From the NCBI GenBank assembly GCA_964187785.1, contig OZ076409.1:64420001-64484000 (forward strand): a stretch of DNA of 64,000 nt. The letters are read 5' to 3'. How positions within the stretch are numbered: the stretch's first letter is position 1; each line of letters starts with the position of its first letter. A program made the position numbers and the translations under genes. The notes under the pieces are model-generated. The model was given only the letters and a program-made list of their open reading frames with translations, had not been told where the DNA came from and did not search any database. Origin of the DNA: Amphiscolops sp. MND2022. Its lineage: Eukaryota. Below, one piece after another: positions 12,301-24,072 of this stretch.

Positions 12301-13068
12301 TTGAAATGATATCAGACAAAACGTTGAATCAAACGTTTATACGAAGTAGATTACAGCGGTCGAATTTCATATTTATACTGTAATTTTTGGTTTTCTGTCT
12401 CTTGCTATGATAGAATTTCCTTATTTTCCCAGTATCATTTGCTAAAAACCTGACCCAAAATCCATAACCGAAAAATAGGTTTGATTGTGGCTAAAATTGC
12501 TTTCGAACACATTTCAAAATCGTTTCCCATTTTTAGTATCAAATTATAGTATATACTGACCTGACACCCATTGATAATCCGATCCAAGGCTTACACCGAC
12601 TGAAACATGCATAATTCTACTGCAATGATAAAAATAATGCCTAATTTTTTCAACTAAATGCTTTGTTAGTGATTAGCATGTAACAGTGGGTACTTGTATG
12701 AAAAAGTTGTCATATGGAACTATTTTTAAACCCGCAAAATTTTTTTGATAAATTATTCACAAAAAATAGGTTTCGAAAAGACCTTCATATAGTTCCTATA
12801 TTTTATATCAATACTCAATTGCCTTAAACTGCTTAAGGGTTTTTTCAATTCAGCCTTATATTTTAAATTTACAGCATTAAAATCGAGTCATTTGTTCGTT
12901 TTTTTGTTCAAAACAGAAAAAAATTCACTCACAGGTGCAGAAGGCCAGAATCGCGAGGAAAGCTAAAATATCAAATGTATATCAAAAATATGTATCATCA
13001 GAAACAGCATATATCATGAGAAAATGTAGAAAATGTAAAAAAAAACAATACGACTTACCACTTTGCAT
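149..13068 (-). CDS. Multi-exon gene for a secreted protein: signal peptide + galactose-binding-like (F-type lectin/discoidin-like) domain + Thr-rich linker + second similar domain; probably continues past the left window edge
   Basis: GT-AG exons with compatible phases: 13059-13068, 12933-12962, 12561-12599, 11669-11884, 11299-11376, 10905-10978, 7267-7399, 3805-3942, (unresolved exons between ~3560 and ~620), 149-364. Joined: MQSAFLAILAFCTFGVSLG|SDYQWVSESSIFITGG...TCYYSKNNYITSETQEYPTATLNIPHSKVAEVGVLGYDGLPPNFECQEAYY...RVCTDGADCHDCDFTNWVDQGHWLAFNCNDAPGNQILLSQTFDNRHLAFCEVDVKGKMQTTTTT...RNPICAEFA. LAFCEVDVKG resembles the C-terminal LxxCEVxVxG motif of F-type lectin-like domains. Confidence 0.75.
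1210..1310. repeat. Dispersed repeat with short inverted repeat ATTATGTCGACATC...GATGTCGACATAAT; inverted homologue at ~60148-60255
   Basis: Reverse complement of 1210-1310 aligns by eye to tatgtcgacatcaattattt...gcaaacgatgtcgacataatcgtattcgtacctt...cttattcccc at 60150-60250. Confidence 0.65.
1367..1865 (+). mobile_element. Internally deleted (non-autonomous) hAT DNA transposon
   Basis: 12-bp TIR TGGGGTGTGGAA/TTCCACACCCCA; 8-bp TSD GGAGAAAC (1359-1366, 1866-1873); subterminal AAACCGT repeats at both ends; remnant of hAT C-terminal dimerisation region QIPTSEAAVERVFSRHKLVQYQIRASLRDDMVENIIFLRYN at ~1523-1645. Confidence 0.9.
2582..3240. mobile_element. Tc1/mariner-type MITE
   Basis: 27-bp TIR CAGTACTGTGATTAAGAAAWCGTCCCC (1 mismatch), TA on both flanks (2580-2581, 3241-3242), no transposase ORF. 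Confidence 0.9.
3805..3942 (-). CDS. Thr-rich mucin-like linker exon of the lectin-like gene
   Basis: Acceptor tttatag, donor G|gtaaga, 138 nt phase 1-1; mixed ACA/ACC/ACT codons (TTTTTTTVPTTTTTTPAPTTTT...RNPICAEFA) argue for coding rather than a pure microsatellite. Confidence 0.8.
5113..5302. repeat. 190-bp near-perfect spacerless palindrome (foldback)
   Basis: ACAAAAGCCATAGGCCTTTAGAATTCTTCATGCTCGCGATG... mirrored by ...CATCGCGAGCATGAAGAATTCTAAAGGCCTATGGCTTTTGT; symmetry axis at 5207/5208 within AAAGTTATAACTTT; only a few mismatches. Confidence 0.95.
5780..6883. mobile_element. TIR-bounded non-autonomous element (5780-6314, TA flanks) plus adjacent diverged second copy ending at 6883
   Basis: ta|CCCGTGTTGAAACTGCTTGAAC ... 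GTTCCTGCAGTTTCAACTAGGG|ta; the shared motifs AAGTTTTGCAGGTTTCATT and CCTGCATG..GCATGTAAAA recur ~570 bp apart; second right end GTTCAAGCAATCTCGACTAGGG. Confidence 0.6.
7267..7399 (-). CDS. Exon with C-terminal part of the lectin-like domain
   Basis: Acceptor gtttttag, donor A|gtaaat; NWVDQGHWLAFNCNDAPGNQILLSQTFDNRHLAFCEVDVKGKMQ; phases match both neighbouring exons. Confidence 0.75.
7896..8579. mobile_element. Tc1/mariner-type MITE related to the one at 2582-3240
   Basis: ~40-bp imperfect TIR CAGTAG(C)GTTCTAAAATATCGCAAC...; TA at the right flank (left flank TT); internal motif TGTAAAC.AGAT.AA..CT.AGAAACTTT shared with ~3120. Confidence 0.75.
8800..10455. repeat. Cluster of internally duplicated interspersed repeat (possibly Helitron/Helentron-derived)
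   Basis: ~8840-9330 and ~9925-10410 are clear homologues (CTATGCTGTTCTTCTCGAAAGAGAACGG, CCATGGACCCTGTATTCGGT, GGGTTTTGAGAAATTTGCCTCACAAG); partial third copy ~9540-9850; GC-rich imperfect hairpin at ~10428-10451. The repeat is clear, the class is inferred. Confidence 0.6.
11669..11884 (-). CDS. 216-bp exon, N-terminal half of first lectin-like domain
   Basis: Acceptor atttcag, donor G|gttag, phase 1-1; SSIFITGGMASVGADSNNEISAGYSKEGEIESPETCYYSKNNYITSETQEYPTATLNIPHSKVAEVGVLGY. Confidence 0.75.
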
Positions 13069-14988
13069 TTTTATCGTCGGTCCTGATATTGGTTTTTCGA
13101 ATTTTAAAAATGATTTCAAAACATTGAATTTTTGTTTATATATCTTCAGTTCGAATACCAACTGTATCTTGCACAGTCCTTATTATCAAAAGGCGTTGAA
13201 CTTGAACGCTCTGTTCTTTTTCTTCAATCGGATTCTGTACTAAGTCAGTTTTTGGTTGAATCTTGGCCACAAAATTTGAAAAATTTGACACATAAAGCAC
13301 GCAAAAAAACCTCAAGGGTTTCAAGTAGATCTTCAAGCCGAAACTTGAAAAAAAATTCGGGTATCAAGTATATACCATTTAATAAATTCATCTTGAGTTT
13401 CGTTCTTGAACTTCAGAAAATACTTTTTTTCTAAATGTTACACTCCTATCGTCTTTTTATGATAACGCCCCCTTTAGTTCTTTGATCTTCACATATGGAA
13501 ACTTTTCAAAGTGCAATTGATAGCCAATTGACACGAGCCGATGAGTTTTTCGATACGAAACTCCCTTCGTGGGTGGTTGATGTCTTTGCAAAATGAACCG
13601 CTTGAAGATAAGATACGTCACAAATTAATGGACGCAACGTTTTGACAAATGCCGAATAATATTCAAAGGACGAACCTCGGAGTTAACTCAATAGATTCAG
13701 TTCAAAGCTATTCGCCAAAATCGCAAGTATTTTATGGTACCAGGTCGGTAGTATCTCATACGCCAGACTTTTCAAAGTTATTATCTCTTGGAGAAACGTG
13801 ATTAGCTGCATTCATACATCTGTAGTGTCCTACATGCAGGGGCGAAACGAACTGAATTTTCATTCCTTCATCGATCTTTAGTGGTGGTTGGTTTTGACAA
13901 AGGTCATCTTGAAGGGCGCAAAAAGCCGTGAACGAAGGAAAGTTGTTATCAACAGCCAATTTCAAGAGTTTGATTAAAAAGTAATAAGATGGTAGTAATG
14001 GTTCAGTTTCTAACCACGAAATGTAGATCTGACCCAACTATGAAAAAGAGGGCATTTAATAATAAAATTAATTCTGTTTTCCAAAAGGGATTCAGACTCA
14101 TTATTCGGACAAAATTTATTTATGGAATACAACGTCTCTTGTGTGATATCACACTTCCAAACCGGTGATAACCAAAGATTGCTTGCTTCCAGACATTTAA
14201 ATCCAGTTTCAGCTAAGATTCCACTTAGCGATGTTTCGTTCAAAACAAAAACATTCCGAGCGCTTCAAAATTTTATACCCTTGAAAATATATCAGGCGTA
14301 TAGATTCGAGTGGAAACTCAACATCTGGGATAATTCATTTAAAGCGTCAAAAACGAGGCGGCTCGTTCCAGTTCGTGGGACCATACCAAAACACTTACTA
14401 GCGTACATTCAAAGTCGAGAGTTTTTGTCAACATTGATGAGGAAAGTTGATCTCTGGGTACCACTTGCTGAAGCTTTACGAAGACATTCAACTTGTATCA
14501 AAAGTACCAAAAAACAAAGTTTTACATTTACTACCTTGTAATGCAAGTTTTGAAAATTATTGATATTTCTCGTTGGCATGGACAACCAGAGCAATCAACG
14601 ACCAAAAATTAGCTCAAAAACAAAATTAAAATTTTCGAAAAACGAGTCTGAAATGAACTTAAACAAGAGGCAGAGTGGCACCGAGATATTTTTTGTCTAC
14701 TTTTACATCATACCATTTCCAAGCGTTAACATTGAGTTTTCTTCAGGGTTAAAAATGGGAGAACTTTCTCTTAACTGAAAATATCACAAAAAACGATTTT
14801 GTATTATCCTAAAAAAACGTTCAAAAAAGTCATTGCCAAAATTACCCAAAAATTACAATGTACTTGCAATGAAAAAAAATCCTTTAAAAGGCACAAAATC
14901 AAAAACGGTCCTTTTTCACAATTATTGAGAGACCACAAACCATTCCTACGGAGGCAATCCTCATCCAGATATATGTATTGTTTCCATT

Positions 14989-17737
14989 AACAAGGCGGGA
15001 ACTTCTAAAGTTGGCGCCACCTCCAAGGTTTGAAAACCGCAAAGTTTTTTAAAATGTTCAGGCCGTTTTCATGGAAAGCTCAAAACACTGTTTCGAGACA
15101 CTCAAAGGGTGCCTTTCATGCTCGATAAAACTCGGAAATCACTTTTTTCCCAACTGGAAACAGAAAAAACTTTTTTCCCAAAAAATTCTACATTTTTTCT
15201 TTCGGAAAATGCCGCATAGTGCCGAAAACCCTAAGGAGTGCACTATTTATGCAAAACGTTTCGTTTTAAGTAAAAGTCGAAGGGGCTTTGACAAGAACAC
15301 GTTAGAAAAAAGTCGCATAGCGCCGAAAAAACGACGATCGTGAAAAAACAAAACTCGGATATTTCTAAACAAAAAAATGATTTTAAAAAATCTTACAAGG
15401 CTGAAAATTGTAAGAGAGGGGGCCCTTTGGGCTGTTTGAAAATCCAGTTTGTTGCAAAAAATTGAAAAAAAGAGGGCTCTTTGGAAAAATTCGAAAGAAA
15501 AACAAAAATTGAGAAATTCGAACAGTCTCAAAGTGCCAAAAATGTAAAAAAAAGGACCCTTTGGGCTTCTTTAACATATTTTGTTGCAAAATATGAAAAA
15601 ACATTGAAGGGGGACCCTTTAGTGCAATCAAAAAAAGTTTCGAAAAAAGTCTCATAGAGCCGAAAAATTTAAAATAAAAACATCAAAAAGGTAGCCAAAG
15701 GAATCATTAGTACGTTTTTCAGGTTCTGGACGTCGGTTTTGTTTTGAGTGAGGTTCTGACATATCGAGTATGTTTTGGACATGCGTAGTTCAAGTTGAAC
15801 AAATGAACAAAAAAGTGGACTTTTCAGTGTGAAGTTTGTTGTCTGGAGAAAAAGAGGAAAAAAGGTCACTGTAAGAGTCGGGCATTTTTTGCTTGACAAA
15901 AAGCTACGAATAAATATACGGAGTTTTTCACCAGAAGTGACAATTTTTAAATCGTAACTATTCCACAATTAGGGACCAATTTCCAAAACCGTATAGTTTT
16001 GCTTGTCCAGAAACTTTCAAGAAACCCGTCATCGCAACTACGGGAAACCGGAAGTGACTAAACTTTCATCATTGCCAAGACTTGCACCTGGAAAATCGAC
16101 TTTTGCGGTCTTCGTTTTAAAATTTTCTATGCGCCGAAATGTCACTGGACAAAAGGAGGGTTTGTTGCTTTCTGAGCAATGAGTGGGCTCCGACTTGAGA
16201 CGACAATGTTTAACGGGGACAACAATTTGAGACGACAATGTTGGGGACAGCAATTTGAGACGACAATGTTGGGGACAGCAATTTGAGACGACAATGTTGG
16301 GGACAGCAATTTGAGACGACAATGTTGGGGACAGCAATTTGACGCAATTTTTCAAGAGCTCGTAATATTGAAATAGAAACTGCTTTTACCCGAACGTAAC
16401 AATTGTTCAATTGATACTTTCTTATTTGCACCATTTGATAAGCAAGCAGGGAACGCTTTTAAGGTTAAAGAACAAAGTTTTTGAATATGCCAAGCCACAA
16501 TTTTGTGGAAATTTCACAATATAACAGTTCCCAAAATACCAGAAGGGATACCGAAAGAGACTCGAAAACAGCTTTTTCACCAACTCAAAACATGAAAACC
16601 CAATTTCTGAAAATTCTCGAATTTTTTTCGGAACGTAGTCGCACAGTGCCAAAAACCGAACTTTAAGTTCGCAACACTTTTGAAAAGTCGGAAACACTTT
16701 ATGAAACTGAATGGGGGTACTCTTAGCCCATATGAAAATCACGGAAAACCTCGAAAAAAGACAAAATTTGTGCTGAAAATTCTTCGGTAAGTCGCAATGT
16801 GCCGAAAAATCTAAGGTGGTCATCTAAGTTTGCGAAAACACTTCGTTTCTGCTAAAAATCAAAAGGTTGAAAAAAGTCCAGATAAAAATCGCATATTGTT
16901 CAAAGAACCCCAAAGGCAGAACCCTTCTGTTTCACCTCTACATTTGTAAGCATTAAAAAACTTGGTACACCGCAGGTTTCAAACCAACGTAAATTGATTC
17001 CCGCGACTGTCTCGACAGCGTAACTTCAACACCAAGTGGTGGGAACCACTTATTTACTAAGTTAACACAACGAAATGCGTATTAATTGCTCATCTAAAGA
17101 AAGCGCCGACTAAAAAACGCTGACAAAGTCTCAAGCGTCGATGTTGGCACCGAAACTGTCCGCAACTACACAGTTTGTCAAACTAATTTTGTTTGATTAT
17201 TCAATATAATGCTTGACAATAGCCCAGTATTTTAGAAAGTTTACCCTTAAGTACAATAGTCTATGAATTTTTAGCCTTAAATCACTGCCAATCAACCGAA
17301 TTTGATTGTCACACTGGCACTCGCTGACTAATTGTTTACGTCATATTGTAGCGTCTGTGATTACCAAATTTGAGGTTTTTCTTTGACGTTGCTCTGAAAA
17401 CCCGCCAATTTGCATAAAAATCCTAATCAAAACCTGAAGAATTAGCATTGCATTAGGGAAATATTTTGCATTAATGATTCTCTATAAATTAATATCTCGG
17501 CTGCAGATTGCCAGCGCGTCGCTCCTGCTAAACAGTAGCTATTGTTTATATTTTGCAACAAATTAGATGTTTAAAAAGCCCAAAGGGCCCCCTTTTAACA
17601 TTTTTCGGCACTATGAGACTGGCGCCCTATTTGAGTCCTCCGTTGGCTTCTTCAGGGACTGTGGAATGATATAAGACAATAATTGACCCTTTGAAGTCCC
17701 TTTGCTATTTTTGAGCCTTAAGCGGGCCGCCGACTTA
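14989..17737. mobile_element. Cluster of Helentron-associated (HINE/DINE-1-like) repeats: ~14989-15913, ~16400-17117 and an inverted fragment ~17560-17737
   Basis: Termini homologous to the cleaner copy at 62358-62855 (AACAAG.CGGGAAC.TCTAAAGT.GGCGC; CACTGTAAGAGTCGGGCA; AAAGCGCCGACTAAAAA) and internal CGCATAGTGCCGAAAA / GGGGACCCTT motifs. Confidence 0.65.
16196..16341. repeat. 28-bp minisatellite, ~5 copies
   Basis: Unit TTGAGACGACAATGTTGGGGACAGCAAT head-to-tail with no spacers. Confidence 0.9.
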
Positions 17738-17738
17738 T

Positions 17739-20400
17739 GAATAGTTGAATAGTTGAATAGTTGAATAGTTTAATTTATTGACGATTATAAATTACATTAC
17801 TTCTATGAAACATGAATACATTGAAGATATATTATCGTCATATGCCGTTCCCGGCTTGTTTTTTTATTTCTTCAAAAGCTGCGTGATCGGGTCTGCAGCT
17901 CCACGGCGAATTTCCTTCATTAAATGTCAGAAACCGTGCTGCAGAGTCCATGAAATCTCAATTATCTTGGCAGCTCTTGACTGGCCTTTGGAAACAACTT
18001 TTGAATACTTTCCATCCTCTCAATGAATCAATTCAGTTATTGCTGCTAGTTCAACGTGAATCTGTCTGACATTGAGTAGACAATTTAGTTGCCAGAGCAA
18101 GTGATCTTGTTCCGGAATACCTTTCATTCATTTTCTGATAGTCGGTATCGAACGTCCTCTTTTTCCTCAATACATTGAGTACATTTTTGTGAACTTGTTT
18201 TGAACTTAGATTACCACTATTTTATTGTCCATTCATGCTAGATTTTTGCTTCCCAGTGTGAGACAAATCTTGAGGAGTTTGGTCGGAGAGTCCACGAGAC
18301 CGTAGAAAGCATTTTAGAAATTACTCAGTATTTTATAACCTTGTTACTTTTAAGATGCATTAATGCTTAGCGCGTCCGAGAAGCTTAGCACGTTAGCCTG
18401 CCAAAAGTCTAAATTAAACCGAAACTTGATATCTATATTTATTCATCCTTACAAATTGCTATGGTTCTCGATATTCTTGCTAAAACTTCGTCCATAATTC
18501 ACATTTTCGTTTTCCGTTCAACCATAAAACTTTCTAGCTTTCTCCAGTTCAGCGCAATTTTCACGGGTTTGTCTGTCACAAGTTTTACAGTTAGCTAACG
18601 CATTAATTCTCATCTATCTGAAAGGGTTGCTCTTTCGATTTGACGCTGACTAGCGAGTCGTCTTCGCACAACATGACGAAGTTCTCGACTTTCCAGCAGT
18701 ATCGTTTTGTGTTCTATCTTTGCGAGATAAGTCTGTATTTTGCTCCAAATGAGACTCTATTTTTGATTTCTTTTTTTGGAGGATTTTCTATTTTTGAATT
18801 TCTATTTCCAAATGAGGCTCTATTTTTTATTAATATATATGATCACGTTTTTCTCCCAGCAACTCCGTAGGAGTCCAAATGGTTTTATTAACTCGAAGTC
18901 GCAAAATTGGCAGCTGATCCACATTAGCGCCGTTGGGCCCCATAGACGTGTTCTATGCGGAGGTGCTTCCTTGTCTATGCGGTGAAATATATACCAAATG
19001 ATTCATATACTTGCTCTGATCGAAGAGAAGTCAAAGCGTTTACACTGGCCTTCTTTGTCATTCCGTTAGGAGCTATTTGTCCAATAGCTCGAACGAAGAT
19101 TTCCTTTATTTCGGTAATAAATCTCTTCTGGTGGTTTTTCCTAGGCTTTAAAAGAAGGTAACACTGTTTTTCTTCATTAAAAAATATCTAAAATAAATGT
19201 GAATCGCAGTTTTGAAAGAAATATCTAAAAACTATACATACGAAAAAATTTTTGAAACATTTGACTACTTGGAACGATATTCACTACAACATTTCTGACT
19301 ATATTGGGGTCTATCGATGCCATTGATAAATTTCTTCTTTAAAAAATTTTCACCTTTACTTTTTCATGCGGCTGGTTTCCTATTTCACTTTTTCAGGCAA
19401 TGTGTTCCACAAAAGTACTGCTCTCTTAAAATGGCTGTTTTTCAGCTGCTAATCATTTGTAAAACATGATAGGTTAAATTGAGTGTTCTTTCATGTGTTT
19501 AAGGATTTTCAGTGGTGATAGGGAGCTGTGGGACAGCGGCGAAAGATTGAATCTATTTTCATTTGCAGAAAAAAGAAACGGCTTTCAAATCCAGCAGATG
19601 AAAAACGGATGAAACTCGAAACAGTAACCTAATAGCATGTGCTGAATCAATTTTATATCTATCAAAGAATCCTTCATTCCCCAATTTACTTGTTATTCGA
19701 GAGTCGAAATGAGGCTTTGAGAAATGCCGTTGCGGAGTGCGGAAGAATAATGCAAGTGGTTGATGACATGCGCATTTAGTAAAAGTATCTTGATTTTTGT
19801 TGATAAAAATCACAAACGCAAAAGTTTTTTTAAGTTCGGGTAGATCAAAATCCCTGTGTAATCAGGACGTATCGGGTAAAACTTTTTTGACACTGTCTTA
19901 ATGGTTCTCAGCAAAGAATTGAAAATATTTGCTTGCTTGTCCACTCTGCCGTCACTGTCCAAACTTCATCACAAAAGATTCCAAATATGTGCCACAGGAT
20001 TGTATCGTCATTTGTATCGACCCTTTATTTCTTGACCTTTAAGGTAATAGTTAAGCTTTTTGAGGTTATCCCCACTTCTCTGAAAAGGTTAGGATCGGGC
20101 TAAGTGCTGAATTGTGATTGCTATCTTTTTCTGCTAAATGTTTGATAGAGAGCAATAGATTTAGATAACTGGAAAGTTTTAGATTTCTAACTGGAGGCTA
20201 GAATTGAGGTGAGAGGCTCGAAGAGCTGCTTAAGCTCATCTTCTCTCTTGGCTGGATGTAATTTTAGTTTTTCTTCCATATGTTGAGTTGAAACTGTATC
20301 TTTTCAAGTATCCATCCAACTATACGTTTCTTTCCTTTCCTAAACAACAAAAGAGCATCGGTAATCAAATCAAGTATTAGTCCATCATATTTTCTGTTAC
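17739..20400 (-). pseudogene. Heavily decayed non-LTR retrotransposon (LINE) ORF2
   Basis: On minus strand, in order: APE-like VLIT/xDFDLPEL across a frameshift (~19870-19830), RT-like HLDSYGVAG (~18885-18855) and MLCEDDSLV (~18675-18650, degenerate YADD), CCHC-like KCTQCIEEKEDV (~18190-18150), then AATAAA and an (AACTATTC)4 tail at ~17739-17779. 5' boundary uncertain. Confidence 0.5.
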
Positions 20401-21372
20401 TTCACTAGCTTCTCGAATAATTTCGAATAAGATGATCGAACCACTTCAAAAATTGGCACTGATGTGAACTTTTCGTCATAGCTCAGGTTAATGTTTGCGA
20501 ATAAAATGATGGAGAGACAATAAAGTGATGAAAAAAATGGATCAGAGCGAAAGCAAACAACAAAAAAACTTTGATTCCAGCTGCACACAATTTTTTACCA
20601 ATTCCATTTTAAAGGTTTTTTCAAAAACACTGTCCCATTAGTGAGTCCTCGCGTCTATTGTTTTATATTCAGCATACTTGTGGAACTGAACTTTTTTTCC
20701 AAACGACCTCAAAAAATCCAGACCTTTGAGTCTCCAAAATGTTTTACATCTTTTTTCCTGTTTCTGAAAAGTGCACAAAGTTTTACGCATTTCAACGTCC
20801 AACGTTCAATCCTAGTTTTTCCTTCATGCTGACTTTAAGTATCTCAACCATAGACAGCCCCATGTTTCCAAACAAAGTCTCCCTTTCTAGGCAACATGAT
20901 GCATCCAATGACTCAGACTTAAGGATATTAAAAAGTTGCGTTTTATTGAATTCCGCTAATGCGAAAGATGGCAGAAAACTGAGGCAACATCTGGTCTCAA
21001 TTGAGATGCAAGAAGAAAAGAAGTATACAGTCAAGCTTGCAGGCATGTACAGACAACACAACTCGTATTGTTTCACTGTCTTGCCGCCATTGGAGCGAAA
21101 AGTTGAGGCGTTCGAAAGTTAACTTGCCGTTTTTGGTGTGTAACAGTTGAAGTTGTTTTGCCACTTGTTTACAATTCCGTGAAGCGACCATGAAATGGCT
21201 GAAGGTAAGTTTCATTTTAAACGGGTGTCCTATCGTCTCATTTTTGATTGGCTGATGACAAATTATGGAATAGAAAATTGAAAGAAAAACTTCGAGTTTA
21301 CAGTGAAAACGGAACGTAGAAAACATTGATCAGGGTAAATGTAGATTGGTTCATTGACATGGCAGTTTAAAT

Positions 21373-21456
21373 CGGTAATATCCATGATTCTTTGATGTAT
21401 CATCGATTAATAAATTTATTAATCGATGATACATCAAAGAATCATGGATATTACCG
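21373..21456. repeat. Perfect 84-bp spacerless palindrome
   Basis: CGGTAATATCCATGATTCTTTGATGTATCATCGATTAATAAA|TTTATTAATCGATGATACATCAAAGAATCATGGATATTACCG. Confidence 0.95.
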
Positions 21457-22594
21457 CTTAAGCCAACAGCAATTTACTTCCTTGTTGTTAAGATGTTACA
21501 CTCAGAATTACCATGATTCAGTGTTTAGATGTATTAACATATCACTCTATGCCTACACATACATGGATCCATTTTTCCACATAATTTCATGTAGGGAAAT
21601 GGCCTGATATTTTCGTATAAAAGCAAGTGGTTCCATGTATGGAACTGAATGGAACCACATGTGGCGTTGGATCCGGGTGGTCAGTATCAAGACATTCAGG
21701 AGCCAGTTGACTTCAAAATTTAAATAAAAAGACTGTTGTTGATAAAATGTCAACGCTTCAGGAAAACATTTTCGTTCATTGATTTCGTATTTTGGAATCA
21801 GATACATTGATGAAACATCAATGTCCCATTAGTGTTGCATTGATAAAAAATCAACGCACAGTGACTGTTTCTGTTTGGAAACATCGATGATTTATCGATG
21901 ATTCTTTGATCCTTCTATTAAAGTCTCAACTGTGGCCACTGATCCTAACATGTTTGGAGACCGACGAAAAAATGATTGGGTTGAACTTTTCATTATGAAC
22001 TGAACGTTGAAAACGAATTTTTGATGGACAAAATGAAATAGGCAAATAAAATACTTTAAGTTGGTGATTTCGGAGAAGACCATGAGCTCTTGTTCTTTTA
22101 GTCAGTCTTTGGAAATGAAGAAAAAGAAGGAAATGAAGCAGATAGTAGCGACAAATCGGCCCAAAAAGGTATATCAGTTTCTTTTTCGGAAGACCCCACT
22201 GCTGCAACTGAACCCCCCAAAAGCAGTGGCCTACAACCTCCCGGCACCCCAGATCATGGAATTCTCTCTTGGCGTAACAAAAATGGGATTAGAATTACAA
22301 TATTGTACCTTCCGGAAATAACAACTTCAAATTTAATAGTCATTAGTATTTACCCGTATACATGTATACCCTGCAGGTACATTGTGAAATTTCGAGACTT
22401 TTTATAATTTAGTGCAAAAATGTATTCTGTTCACAATAGTATTTCCAAATGGCGGTTGTTCCGATATTTTTATTCATTCATTAATCTACATCAAATTTTA
22501 GCGTTTGATTCTGGAAAAGTTATTGCAACGGTTAAACATCTTCAAGATGAAGTATCAAATTTCAAGTACAGTTGATTCATATTCAGTTTTTCAG

Positions 22595-23230
22595 TGCCAA
22601 AAAGTGCAGAAATGGTACCACAGTTAACTACTGGTCATAACGAAGTATATATAATTCACAATAGTTGTAAACACAAAGTTAACATTTGTGGGCAATCTCT
22701 AATCACTGTATTACCAGAAGTATTTTCTAATTCCGGAAAAAGGCGACAAAAGCGGGCGGAAGTCCAATCTTCTATCTGGAAACAATTCCAGAGCTTCATC
22801 ACCTAAGGACTTGGAGCCGAAAAAGAAATTAACTGATCTAGCCGCAAATGAAAAGGAGGCAGAATTGGATGTTATAACAGTCGATGTGGAAATTACGCCG
22901 GATCTAGAAACAGCAATGACGTCATCACAAGTCACCTCAGAAGAAAAAGTAAACGACGAGGACCAGAAAGAAGTTTTCAACATTTTGGACGATTTACAAA
23001 ATGCTCTGGAACCAAGCCGATCGGTTACACCCAATGATGTAAGTAAGTCGCAATTTTGAAATGTTCAGTTTTGGACGAATGAAAATTTTTACGGTCTTTT
23101 TCTTTCACTCAACAGTGGCAGGAACTCGTAACACCAGTGAGGCGTCGTCAGATACAACTACCTGCTCAAAATGTTATCAAAAGCCTGAAACCAGAAAAAC
23201 ATGAAGTTGTAGCTTTTATTATTCAGTCTC
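22595..23230 (+). CDS. Exons of a plus-strand gene, unknown acidic/low-complexity protein (partial)
   Basis: Exons 22595-22644 (tttttcag/GAA|gtatat), 22718-23038 (ttaccag/GAT|gtaagt) and one starting 23116 (ctttcactcaacag); phases join as PKSAEMVPQLTTGHNE|KYFLIPEKGDKSG...EPSRSVTPND|WQELVTPVRRRQIQLP. Start and end not resolved. Confidence 0.55.
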
Positions 23231-23277
23231 TGAGTGTAGTGAAAAAAATCTTTTTAAAAAATTTTTTGTGGAAAATT

Positions 23278-23768
23278 AATACGAAGCAATCATTAACGGC
23301 TTCAAAGGTTTCCCTTTTGAGATCTTCATGCTCTGACCAGACACCCATCTGTCATCATCGAGCTGATGAAAGTCATCAATTTCGCCAAAAGAGGCGAAGA
23401 TGCAGACTCTAGAAATGATCTCTAGAAGTATGATCTTGACCTTCAACTATTATTTTTTCATCAATTGCGAAGCAGCGTCATCAAAACAAATCTTACAGTG
23501 AGTGCCTGAATGTTGAAAATGATAGTTTGATAGGAATTACAGGCTGTTTTTTAAAAGTACAAAAAGTACATGAAGTAAAGGACATTGAAAAACAATTAAT
23601 CACAAGGAGTGTAGACGGGCCGTTAAAAGCATACGTTATTGCCAAACCATCAGGATAAAAGGTCAACCACCATTGATGTCTCGTAGTGTCTGCAGTGTCA
23701 CGTTGAGATCGAACGCTTACATTCGACATTCCAAACGTCTGAGCTTAAACACAATCAACTTAGAGCAG
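23278..23768. repeat. Partial first unit of the ~592-bp satellite, separated from the array by the Gypsy insertion
   Basis: Colinear with array units from AATACGAAGCAATCAT to CAACTTAGAGCAG; sequence resumes at 49252 (GCAG ATAGCGCTT). Confidence 0.95.
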
Positions 23769-24051
23769 TGTACTGACCTACATTAATAACCAATAGTATT
23801 TAGATGTTTATAGAATGTTCTAGAATGTACATTTATTTAAAATTGAATGACTGTAAAACTCTACTCCTTCAGAGAGAGAAAACTAATATTCAGTATTTAG
23901 TCGACTTCCTTTCTTCTTTCTTTCAGACCTCCAAGCTTTATTAGAGTTAGCTAGCTAGCATCGATCTAAGTAGTCTTGTCTTAATACTTAGACCTGTACC
24001 ATATAGATACAAGACCACTAAATAAAATATACAAATCTTTAAAGCAGCACA
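23769..24051 (+). repeat. Gypsy 5' LTR
   Basis: TGTACTGACC...AAAGCAGCACA; 9 substitutions and no indels versus 48969-49251 by manual alignment. Confidence 0.95.
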
Positions 24052-24054
24052 ATT

Positions 24055-24072
24055 TGGTGCGACTTGTACAAA
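24055..24072 (+). promoter_or_regulatory. Putative primer-binding site (tRNA not assigned)
   Basis: TGGTGCGACTTG... starts 3 nt after the LTR end; TGG is complementary to tRNA CCA. Confidence 0.65.

Noticed and set aside
16196..16341. 28-bp repeats resembling a CRISPR array
   Set aside because: Head-to-tail units with no unique spacers, no cas genes, eukaryotic context.
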